Part shown: positions 1 to 6,783 of the stretch, piece after piece
Position numbering within the stretch: the first letter of the stretch is position 1
Layout of the letters: the number at the start of each line of letters is the position of its first letter
Assembly (NCBI GenBank): GCA_028877195.1
Contig: JAPPIL010000181.1
Span: 1-13,691, forward strand
Source of the DNA: Pseudomonadota bacterium
GTDB lineage: Bacteria; Bdellovibrionota_B; Oligoflexia; Oligoflexales; JAPPIL01
Direction: 5' to 3'
DNA: 13,691 nt
Program-made: the position numbers and the translations under genes
The notes under the pieces: generated by a model
Database searches by the model: none
What the model saw: only the letters and a program-made list of their open reading frames with translations
Told to the model about the DNA's origin: nothing

Positions 1-360
1 AACGCACCAAGCAGTGTAGTCTGCCTCTACTTCATCTGCGACATTGCTTTGTCCCGTATGAGCATCACTCATGATGTAGTCATAGAGTTTTTTGCCGTTC
101 TTGTAGCCTGCCGCGGTCAGTAGTGCAACATTGTGCGCTTGATCAGATGTGAAGGCATCGGTTAACGAGCCTTTGGCATGATCATGGCAACCAGCGCAAA
201 TATCATCTATTGACGCTTGAATTTTTGTGAAGCCTGCGGCGCTACAAGTCGGTGATGGTGAAGTCGTGTCGGTCTCCACATCGTCAACTGGTTGAGCTTC
301 ACACTGGATTAGAGACATTCCCGTTAGGATTAAAAAAATTAACATGCGCCCGCAATACAT
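1..360 (-). CDS. c-type cytochrome, 5' portion only (gene continues beyond window start). The predicted N-terminus MYCGRMLIFLILTGMSLIQCEA... is a signal peptide. A single CxxCH haem-binding motif (CAGCH) is encoded at 184..198.
   Basis: Reverse-complement translation from the ATG at 358-360 gives an open frame running to position 1. It contains a hydrophobic signal sequence and DDICAGCHDHAKG. AGGGGG lies 5 nt upstream of the ATG as a Shine-Dalgarno. It is absent from the ORF track because it is truncated by the window edge. Confidence 0.5.
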   Translation of the reverse strand, partial: MYCGRMLIFLILTGMSLIQCEAQPVDDVETDTTSPSPTCSAAGFTKIQASIDDICAGCHDHAKGSLTDAFTSDQAHNVALLTAAGYKNGKKLYDYIMSDAHTGQSNVADEVEADYTAWCV

Positions 361-464
361 TGCTACCCCCCTATGTTTGCTGTGTTCAATCTGCTGTATT
401 TGATCTTGCTTATCTTGATGTTTTGCTCACCTTGCTCCAGTGTAATTGTTTATCAGGTAATCTT

Positions 465-577
465 AAATGTTTATTTTGGCATAGTCGCAAATATCCAGCT
501 GCCCAGCTTAAATTTAAAAGAAGGGTCGATGATAAAAACTAAATGTTTATTTCAGCAAGGTCGCAAATCTGCGGTGG
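465..577. repeat. Imperfect 29-bp direct repeat (TAAATGTTTATTTyrGCAwrGTCGCAAAT), two copies 73 bp apart. The second copy (540-568) is the last 9 codons plus stop of the ATPase gene. The first copy (467-495) lies just downstream of it.
   Basis: Direct comparison of 467-505 with 540-577 shows about 25 of 29 identical positions, after which the two sequences diverge. Confidence 0.5.
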
Positions 578-1399
578 ATCGCCGCGCTGAAGGATAAGGG
601 CATGCACCGAATCGCCGAGCATTTCTGGTTGAAATGAACTCGTGTATAAGGACAGCAGAAACCTTATCCTTGCCTGCACTTGGCGGCTCGATTCGGCATG
701 TAGGGTTGTTAACAAGCCGAGATGACCAATGGTCATAGCTTTGACAAAGGCGATAATTTCTTGCCCACGGATTTCTCCGATAACGAAACGATCGGGGCGC
801 AGACGCAATATTTCTTCAATCAACACTTCCATACTTGTATCACCCTGTGTTTGGCAACGCATCCACAGCGATGACATAAGCGGCAACTCAACGATAGATT
901 CAAGAATTGCCAGCCGCTCCTGTTGACACACTGCACGCAGTAGCGAAGCGAGAAAGGTTGTCTTGCCACTAGACGTTGAGCCGCAGACCAGCAAAGGTTT
1001 GTAGCCACGCACATGTGTCAGACAGTCGTCGCAAAGATTGTGCGGGTCGTTAAAATCAGCTAAGGTCAAGGCAGTAAACTCGTGTCGTCGCAGCGACACT
1101 ACTGCGCCATCGATTGCCACAGGTGGAATCAGGCAGTGCCAACGGACGTTATGTTCGTGTAGATAGCCACCACTGTATGGTTTGAGCGGGTCAAGGCGAA
1201 CTCCTTGCGAGAAGGAAAAATCCTGTAGCCAATGCACCATCTCCTGTTCGTTGGCGAAGATGGAGGGCAGGACTTTGCGTTTACCAGCAGTGTAGACGAC
1301 AACTGAACGGGTGCTGTTAATTAAAACTTCGTCAGTCGTGCGATCGGAGAAAAAGCGGTCGATGATGTCAGTAATATCAGCGCTGCTAATTGCGGAACC
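539..1399 (-). CDS. CpaF/TadA/VirB11-family (type II/IV secretion-type) ATPase, unusually small (about 287 aa if the whole open frame is used). The first ATG is at 1240, but the conserved N-terminal region is encoded upstream of it, out to 1399, with no canonical start codon.
   Basis: Walker A is GSTSSGKTT. The Walker B/His-box region is RPDRFVIGEIRGQE...TIGHLGLLTTLHAES. The Asp-box-like region is RLAILESIVEL. The upstream in-frame segment ...TDEVLINSTRSVVVYTAGKRKVLPSIFANEQEM matches the CpaF N-domain pattern (I.vNG...v.vER.GK...V...F.DE..L). The frame stays open to 1399 and contains only ATT/ATC/CTG as possible starts. Confidence 0.65.
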   Translation of the reverse strand, partial: GSAISSADITDIIDRFFSDRTTDEVLINSTRSVVVYTAGKRKVLPSIFANEQEMVHWLQDFSFSQGVRLDPLKPYSGGYLHEHNVRWHCLIPPVAIDGAVVSLRRHEFTALTLADFNDPHNLCDDCLTHVRGYKPLLVCGSTSSGKTTFLASLLRAVCQQERLAILESIVELPLMSSLWMRCQTQGDTSMEVLIEEILRLRPDRFVIGEIRGQEIIAFVKAMTIGHLGLLTTLHAESSRQVQARIRFLLSLYTSSFQPEMLGDSVHALILQRGDPPQICDLAEINI

Positions 1400-1802
1400 C
1401 TACTTTACCGCCACGCTTAACCGACGAGAGAATATCTTCGCGTGGCACGAGGTCAGTAGGGAGTTCCGCTCGCCGTAGGTTAGCACGGTAGAAGGTTGCC
1501 CCACGCAATTTCGCATAATCAAGGTCAGCTTCCTCAAGGTTGGCTCTGGTGAAGTCAGCGCCTTCAAGGTTCGCATTCCACAGCGATGCCCCTGACAAGT
1601 CGGCTTTGAAAAAATTAGCATCCTTGAGATTTGCGTAGGAAAAGTTCGCAAACTGAAGATTACAACCAGAGAAGTCTACCCGCGTAAGATTAGCGCGCCG
1701 CATATCCGTGTTGGATAGATCACTAGTTGAACCCAGTTTCTCAAGCACTTCCTTGCGGTTCAAAGATGCTACTGTTGAATTATTAAGACTCCCCCGTCCC
1801 AT
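1386..1802 (-). CDS. Pentapeptide-repeat protein (about 138 aa from the ATG at 1802; the track ORF extends to 1874).
   Basis: The C-terminal two thirds consist of A(N/D)LxxA(N/D)F-type pentapeptide repeats (ANLTRVDFSGCNLQFANFSYANLKDANFFKADLSGASLWNANLEGADFTRANLEEADLDYAKLRGATFYRANLRRAEL). The internal ATG at 1800-1802 is preceded by AGAGGT with 8-nt spacing. The stop at 1386-1388 overlaps the open frame of the downstream ATPase. Confidence 0.7.
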   Translation of the reverse strand: MGRGSLNNSTVASLNRKEVLEKLGSTSDLSNTDMRRANLTRVDFSGCNLQFANFSYANLKDANFFKADLSGASLWNANLEGADFTRANLEEADLDYAKLRGATFYRANLRRAELPTDLVPREDILSSVKRGGKVGFRN

Positions 1803-1934
1803 ACTCTTACCTCTGAAAAGAGCATCGTATAGAGGTAGCACAAAGGCCTGCTGTCCGCAATCTCTTTGTCTCAAACAAGAGCTTGTATTAGAAGGAGGTT
1901 AGCGGTTAAATAGTAGCAAGGTTAACGGGTTATC

Positions 1935-2921
1935 ATGATCGACCAGCTCATAGCATCAGACAACACAACCAGTCGTATTGAAGATACGTTGAGCCTTCCA
2001 ATCGCTAAAATCACTCCGATGGGTGGTGATGGATCGGAACGAAGTTTCCAACGCATTCATACGCGGGAGAAGACCTTCGTCTACATGCTGCTGCCTGCCA
2101 ACGAAGCCAAGCAAGTGCATGATGGCACATACGATTGGCTAGCGGTCGCGGCAACTCTAACGGCTGCTGGCATCAACTGCCCTAATGTCGTTGCTACGGT
2201 TGAAGATGGACTGATCATTGAAGATGGTGGCGATTACACCCTTAACCGCAAGCTCAACAACAAGAATCGCAATGAGCTTTTTGCCCACTGCTTTGCGGTC
2301 GCAAAACAAATGCTGACTATACCTCAATACCCACAACAAGTTTGGTGTCAGCGACGCTATGATTCACAAACATATTTGCGTGAGTTTAAATTTTTCCAAA
2401 AGATGTATCTTGAACGTTTCCTTAAGCTCACACCAACTATGCATGATCGTCTTACCCATGACTTCCATGCGATTAGCAACTACCTTGCGCAATTTTCAAA
2501 ACACTTTGTCCATCGCGACTACCATTCCCGCAATATCATGGTTTGCGACGATGATATTATGTTGCTTGATTTTCAAGATGCTATCATCGGTTCACACTTC
2601 TATGACCCTCTATCGCTATGCTTTGACAGCTACACGCATCTTGCCCCAGAAGTTCGTATGGGTTTGTTCATGAGCTACTGCGCCTCATTACAGCAGGAAT
2701 ACCCTAACCTTGATATGCATCACTGGAAGCCCCTACTCATTCAACGTCAACTGAAGGCGATCGGCTCATTTGCACGCTTGACTATCGACGCAAAGAAGGG
2801 CAACTACCTGCGCTATGTGCAGCCAGCAATTGCCTGCTTGCCGCGTCAACAGCTGATCGACGAGCGTTGGAGCTATGTGTCCGACACATTGCTGACCCAA
2901 ATCGCAAATAGCGTCAAGTAA
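1935..2921 (+). CDS. Protein-kinase-like-fold phosphotransferase of the APH / choline-kinase family (AmgK-like sugar/small-molecule kinase). The only plus-strand gene in the window.
   Basis: A Brenner-type catalytic motif HRDYHSRNIMV is followed by the metal-binding DFQDA. The N-terminal ITPMGGDGSERSFQRI resembles the nucleotide-positioning loop of APH/ChoK/AmgK-type kinases. Length is 328 aa. The ORF is clean. Confidence 0.65.
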   Translation: MIDQLIASDNTTSRIEDTLSLPIAKITPMGGDGSERSFQRIHTREKTFVYMLLPANEAKQVHDGTYDWLAVAATLTAAGINCPNVVATVEDGLIIEDGGDYTLNRKLNNKNRNELFAHCFAVAKQMLTIPQYPQQVWCQRRYDSQTYLREFKFFQKMYLERFLKLTPTMHDRLTHDFHAISNYLAQFSKHFVHRDYHSRNIMVCDDDIMLLDFQDAIIGSHFYDPLSLCFDSYTHLAPEVRMGLFMSYCASLQQEYPNLDMHHWKPLLIQRQLKAIGSFARLTIDAKKGNYLRYVQPAIACLPRQQLIDERWSYVSDTLLTQIANSVK

Positions 2922-2983
2922 GATTGATACCTTAACGGCATTTCTATCCATATAACTTCAAAAATTACAAAGCTTAAAAACAG

Positions 2984-4363
2984 CTATGCGACAGTGCGTT
3001 TCGTGCGGCAGAGGAACATAGCAAGCAACAGTAGCAGTGCGATGAGCGGGTATTTGAGGAGCATAACCATCGCTAACGGCAAGAGTAGCAACGCTTGCGC
3101 CAACACTTTCAACAGCGCATTACTACTGATGTGTGTCGCTAACGCAGGGGAATGCTCGTAGTATAGGGCAACGAGCTTGCGCCCGCTAGCGTAGGGCAAC
3201 AAGAAACGATCGCGAAACCAGCGCAACTGTTTAACGATAACTGCATCTGACCCATAGGCAGCGGTGGCGATAAAACAATGGAGGTCATGCCGTTTAGCTT
3301 CACCCAAATCGTTGAGTTCCAACAGTGTTTTGTTTTCAATCGCCGCAGCCTCCATGCACACACTGCGAGCGATGCCGTCAGGGTAATGCTGTAGCATAAT
3401 CTGATAGACGACACCAGGCTTGAGGTCAGGTATTGAATCGCTACGTCCCGATAGCAGGGTTGAATTCGACAAGGCAGGAATCTTGCCAACCTCATCATAA
3501 GCAAGATAAACATTAGGTGTTGGGCAAGAGATGCTACAGTCTGGCAACCATTGACATTCAGCATCAGCTGGCAAGTCGGTATCCCCACCAGCAGCGACAG
3601 GTCTGAATACTTTGGCAATCGAGACAAGCGACACGGGTTCGGTGCTTTTCGCCAGCACATAGGCAACGACCCCACGCACAGGCTGTTTGCCCTGCGAGTT
3701 TGTGAATTCAACGACATTCTCCCGCTGCATTTCAACCTGCAAACGATGATGTAAAGCCGTTACCCCCGTTAACTTCGGCGCAACACTAGGGACACCATCA
3801 ATGCGAATGAACTCATGCGTTATCGCTGCCAACAGCCCACCATAAGAATCTACCCCCCAGACACGATACGCAATTCTAACCTTAAGCTTACCGCTATCAT
3901 CATAGAGAGCATTTAAGTTATCCTCGTAAGCCCTAATCGCAATCTCATAATAAACCGTCGTATTGCCATTGATATTAGGCTCTTCCTCCACCTCGCGATC
4001 GACAGGCACAAAGTAGTAGTCTCGATGGTGGCTAACATTTGGCGTTGAGTCCTGTTCATTCGCATGTTCTCTCGCCTGCACTGGCGATTCATAATGCGGC
4101 AATGGTAATTCACGACTGTCGGCATCACTGTCAGGCAACGTTACCCATAACCTTGCCCAGATATTTTCCTCGCCATCCTTGAGGGCAACATCACTCGGTA
4201 GGATGTCATCAATCGTGAAGCGAACCGTCAGTTGCCTAGTATCCTGCTGACGAGGCAAGCTGACATCGCTAACGCTAATCTTAATATCGGCGTATACTTG
4301 AAGAGAGAAAAGCGCGGTGGCAAGGCTTGGCAACAGTCGGTTAAATGGTAATCTCCAATCCAT
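2984..4363 (-). CDS. Secreted or surface protein, 459 aa. It has a cleavable N-terminal signal peptide (cleavage after ...LQVYA) and a C-terminal tripartite sorting-signal-like domain: CFIATAAYGS motif (3248..3277), a conserved LRWFRDRFLL...YY..SP segment, a hydrophobic helix and the basic tail CRTKRTVA.
   Basis: The N-terminus MDWRLPFNRLLPSLATALFSLQVYA-DIK is a typical Sec signal. The C-terminus CFIATAAYGSDAVIVKQLRWFRDRFLLPYASGRKLVALYYEHSPALATHI...YPLIALLLLLAMFLCRTKRTVA matches the architecture I recall for CFI-box-type C-terminal putative sorting domains. The central about 330 aa are acidic, with a Cys cluster (AECQWLPDCSISCPTP), and have no family I recognise. Confidence 0.7.
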   Translation of the reverse strand: MDWRLPFNRLLPSLATALFSLQVYADIKISVSDVSLPRQQDTRQLTVRFTIDDILPSDVALKDGEENIWARLWVTLPDSDADSRELPLPHYESPVQAREHANEQDSTPNVSHHRDYYFVPVDREVEEEPNINGNTTVYYEIAIRAYEDNLNALYDDSGKLKVRIAYRVWGVDSYGGLLAAITHEFIRIDGVPSVAPKLTGVTALHHRLQVEMQRENVVEFTNSQGKQPVRGVVAYVLAKSTEPVSLVSIAKVFRPVAAGGDTDLPADAECQWLPDCSISCPTPNVYLAYDEVGKIPALSNSTLLSGRSDSIPDLKPGVVYQIMLQHYPDGIARSVCMEAAAIENKTLLELNDLGEAKRHDLHCFIATAAYGSDAVIVKQLRWFRDRFLLPYASGRKLVALYYEHSPALATHISSNALLKVLAQALLLLPLAMVMLLKYPLIALLLLLAMFLCRTKRTVA

Positions 4364-5276
4364 CGTAACCAGCTAATACTCGCAAAGAAGAGTTATGTCC
4401 ATTGCTAGCCGCAATTTTATCAGCATAGGTAACCGCATCCTCACATTTGCGATGAATATCGCTGTCAACAGCATCAGGTGAATGATGCACCAGCACTATG
4501 TTAGAGATATTCTCACGGAACGCAAGATCAATACCACGCGCAGGGCTGGAATGTCCCCAATCATAGTGTTTCTCTAATTCGTGCGGTTCATAGTGGCTGT
4601 CAAAGATGAGATAATCAAGGTTTTGATAGCAGACCAAGTCCTTCCCCAATTCTTCGGGGGTGCTGCGATCGAGTTTAGTGTCTAATGCCACTGCCACCGA
4701 CTTGCCATCGACATCAAAGCGATAGCCGTAGGCATGCCCAGGATGATCAAGTGTAAATGGAGTTATCGCCACGCCATCCACCTCTACTAGGGTGCGGGTG
4801 GCAAGCTGATGAAAGTTTATCTCTGCTTCAATATTTTGCCATAGCACGGGGAAGTTTATGCCATTGAAGAGCAGTTCCAGATGCTTGGCGGCGTAGCTAT
4901 GGACATGATAAATATCCACCACCGAACCATGCTCATACAAGGGTGAGAAAAAGGGCAAGCCGATGACATGATCCCAATGCAGGTGCGTTAAGAAAACCTT
5001 ATGATGCCTAGACCTCTCGCCAATTTGACGGCCGTAGTCCACCAACCCAGTGCCGAGATCAATGATAAAACTACCGCTATTGTGCTTGATTTCAATACAA
5101 GTGGTATTGCCACCATAGGTAAGTGGTCTTGCCAGCCCCTTGAGGGTCGCACGCAGTTTATCGGTATCGTTGGTTAGCTGCTCGTTTTGTGCAAGACCAA
5201 CCAACATTTCAACTAAAGAGTCATGTGATACTGAACGTGGGCTTGAGCCGCGTGTGCCCCAGAATTTTAACTTCAT
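4341..5276 (-). CDS. MBL-fold metallo-hydrolase (metallo-beta-lactamase superfamily, PhnP/RNase Z-like subgroup), 311 aa.
   Basis: The zinc-binding signature HLHWDH (HxHxDH) is present. The N-terminal MKLKFWGTRGSSP is typical of this subgroup. Further His/Asp ligands sit at DHPGHAYGY and VLVHHSPD. The 3' end overlaps the start of the next gene by 23 nt. Confidence 0.75.
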   Translation of the reverse strand: MKLKFWGTRGSSPRSVSHDSLVEMLVGLAQNEQLTNDTDKLRATLKGLARPLTYGGNTTCIEIKHNSGSFIIDLGTGLVDYGRQIGERSRHHKVFLTHLHWDHVIGLPFFSPLYEHGSVVDIYHVHSYAAKHLELLFNGINFPVLWQNIEAEINFHQLATRTLVEVDGVAITPFTLDHPGHAYGYRFDVDGKSVAVALDTKLDRSTPEELGKDLVCYQNLDYLIFDSHYEPHELEKHYDWGHSSPARGIDLAFRENISNIVLVHHSPDAVDSDIHRKCEDAVTYADKIAASNGHNSSLRVLAGYDGLEITI

Positions 5277-5332
5277 ACTGTTTAGTTTAGCATCTCGCAG
5301 CTATCACTCCCTAGATGGAAATCAGAGAGACA

Positions 5333-6286
5333 CTAAAAAAGCTGATGTTTGCCGAGACTCAAGATAAATTTCTTCGGATTGGTGGGACGACCGTTGACCC
5401 AAACCTCATAATGAAGATGAGCACCAGTTGATCGCCCTGTTGAGCCAACAGTGGCTATTTGGTCGCCGCGAGCAATTCTTTGCCCTACAACAACTAGGTT
5501 GTGAGCGTTATGTCCGTAACGCGTTACTACTCCATGCCCATGTGCAATCATAATGAAATTGCCGAAGCCTTCTTTTGTGCCTGAAAAAATTACCACTCCA
5601 TCTGCAGGGGCATAGATGGGTTTACCTACCGATGTCGCAATGTCAATGCCATAGTGTTTCTGGCGCTTGCCCGTGAACGGTGAGGTGCGATAACCAAACC
5701 CACTGCTTACCCAGCCATCAACTGGCGAAATCGCAGGGATAGACGATAACAGCGAGCGTTTCTTGCCTAATCGTGATAGGAGGCGCTGCATATCAAAAAT
5801 ATTTTGATGCGCACTATTCTCGATTTCAGTCAGTTTGCTGAAGAGATCGCTATGCACCATATCGCTAATCTTAACACCGTCAAAAATCGCACTGCTGTCA
5901 AGCGTAGCGCTCTTTTTGAACTCTTCATACTCGTCTTCGGTCAATGCCCCAATGCCAAGATGCTTTCTGGCTTTTTTGTTATTCAAGTGCATCAAATCAT
6001 TAAGCTGATCGGTGTAGCTCCCAACCACCCGTAAACTTTGCTTGACTTCACCAAGTCTCTCATTCAAAATCCGCACCTCGGCCTGCAGACTGTGGTGCTC
6101 GACTTTTAGTTTGCTAAACCCCCTGACCTCATCATGCATCTTGATATAGTCAAGTGCGAAAAAGACCGCAGCAAACAGCACCGCCAAACCCAACAGCGCC
6201 GCAAGCCTAAGCACCAACTGCGGCATCGCGAACGACCGCGTCATATCCGTTCCGTCTGGTATCAACACTAGCGTAATTTTCTTCAA
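5333..6286 (-). CDS. Membrane-anchored M23-family (LytM-domain) metallo-endopeptidase with an intact catalytic site, 317 aa.
   Basis: The N-terminal TM helix is LVLRLAALLGLAVLFAAVFFAL. It is followed by a coiled-coil-like charged region. The C-terminal M23 domain has HxxxD (HYGIDIA) and HxH (AHLHYEV) zinc ligands plus a G-rich core GFGNFIMIAHGHGVVTRYGHN. The TTG start at 6286 has AGGAAT 9 nt upstream. Confidence 0.8.
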   Translation of the reverse strand: MKKITLVLIPDGTDMTRSFAMPQLVLRLAALLGLAVLFAAVFFALDYIKMHDEVRGFSKLKVEHHSLQAEVRILNERLGEVKQSLRVVGSYTDQLNDLMHLNNKKARKHLGIGALTEDEYEEFKKSATLDSSAIFDGVKISDMVHSDLFSKLTEIENSAHQNIFDMQRLLSRLGKKRSLLSSIPAISPVDGWVSSGFGYRTSPFTGKRQKHYGIDIATSVGKPIYAPADGVVIFSGTKEGFGNFIMIAHGHGVVTRYGHNAHNLVVVGQRIARGDQIATVGSTGRSTGAHLHYEVWVNGRPTNPKKFILSLGKHQLF

Positions 6287-6289
6287 GGA

Positions 6290-6420
6290 TTAGATTCCTA
6301 ATTAAAATTAAATTTCTAATTAAATTTCTAATTAAATTTCTAATTAAATTTCTAATTAAAGTTCTAATTAAAGTTCTAATTAAAGTTCTAATTAAAGTTC
6401 TAATTAAAGTTCTAAATCAT
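6290..6420. repeat. AT-rich 12-bp tandem repeat array. Three copies of TTCTAATTAAAT (6314-6349) are followed by five copies of TTCTAATTAAAG (6350-6409), with degenerate copies flanking both sides. It abuts the M23 peptidase start codon.
   Basis: Direct reading shows a perfect 12-nt periodicity over about 96 bp and decaying copies at each end. It is located at -4 to about -135 relative to the M23 peptidase start at 6286. Confidence 0.9.
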
Positions 6421-6427
6421 GTGGTTT

Positions 6428-6733
6428 AATAAAAATTACTTGCCATATACGACCACACAGAGGGACTGTTTGTCGCAGGGGGAAGTATCCCCCGTGCACC
6501 CCCTCCTTAAAAAACTTGCTGATTTTATCGTTGCTCATAAGCATAAATCTACTTGTCTTAAAAATTACCTGCCACATACAACCACACAGAGGGACTGTTT
6601 GTCGCAGGGGGAAGTATCCCCCGTGCACCCCTCCTTAAAAAACTTGCTGATTTTATTGTTGCTCATAAACATAAATCTACTTGTCTTAAAAATTACTTGC
6701 CATATACGACTACACAGAGGCTGCCTATCCTTC
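6428..6733. repeat. Tandem direct repeat of a 129/128-bp unit, 2 full copies plus a roughly 35-bp partial third copy. Each unit contains a GC-rich stem-loop GCAGGGGGAAGTATCCCCCGTGC (first copy 6475..6497).
   Basis: The unit start AAAAATTAC occurs at 6431, 6560 and 6688. The copies are more than 95% identical, with a few substitutions and a 1-bp deletion in copy 2. An inner 5-bp G/C stem has a 6-nt loop and is flanked by the complementary GAGGG...CCCTC. Confidence 0.85.
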
Positions 6734-6783
6734 CTGTGTCTTCCTCGGCAAGCATGCCGAAAACATAAGTAAACTATGCTTTG

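Noticed and set aside
252-597. Plus-strand ORFs 252..542 and 373..597.
   Set aside because: They lie antisense to, or in the leader of, the cytochrome c gene and its intergenic region. They have no recognisable motifs, overlap each other in different frames and have no RBS.
729-1651. Embedded or antisense ORFs 729..926 (+), 820..1014 (-) and 1400..1651 (-).
   Set aside because: They sit wholly inside the well-supported ATPase and pentapeptide-repeat genes in other frames, and their translations are featureless.
1874-1874. Longer start (ATG at 1874) for the pentapeptide-repeat protein.
   Set aside because: The extra 24 residues (MRQRDCGQQAFVLPLYDALFRGKS) have no signal or repeat character. 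The internal ATG at 1802 has a better Shine-Dalgarno (AGAGGT). The longer form is still possible, so I kept low certainty.
2922-2983. Rho-independent terminator between the convergent kinase and surface-protein genes.
   Set aside because: There are T-runs, but I could not find a convincing GC-rich stem preceding them on either strand.
3139-4128. ORFs 3139..3735 (-), 3551..3754 (+) and 3913..4128 (-) inside the surface-protein gene.
   Set aside because: They are alternative frames of a gene whose main frame has a signal peptide and a conserved C-terminal domain. There is no independent support.
6290-6760. Possible CRISPR array, suggested by the many direct repeats.
   Set aside because: The 12-bp units are contiguous with no spacers and far too short. 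The 129-bp units are also contiguous with no unique spacers. No cas genes are present.
6404-6772. Track ORFs 6419..6772 (+, 117 aa) and 6404..6628 (-, 74 aa) encoding internally repeated peptides.
   Set aside because: They exist only because the 129-bp DNA repeat happens to be a multiple of 3. The second copy is 128 bp, so the peptide repeat collapses after one unit. There is no RBS and the composition is low-complexity. I treat them as non-coding repeat artefacts.
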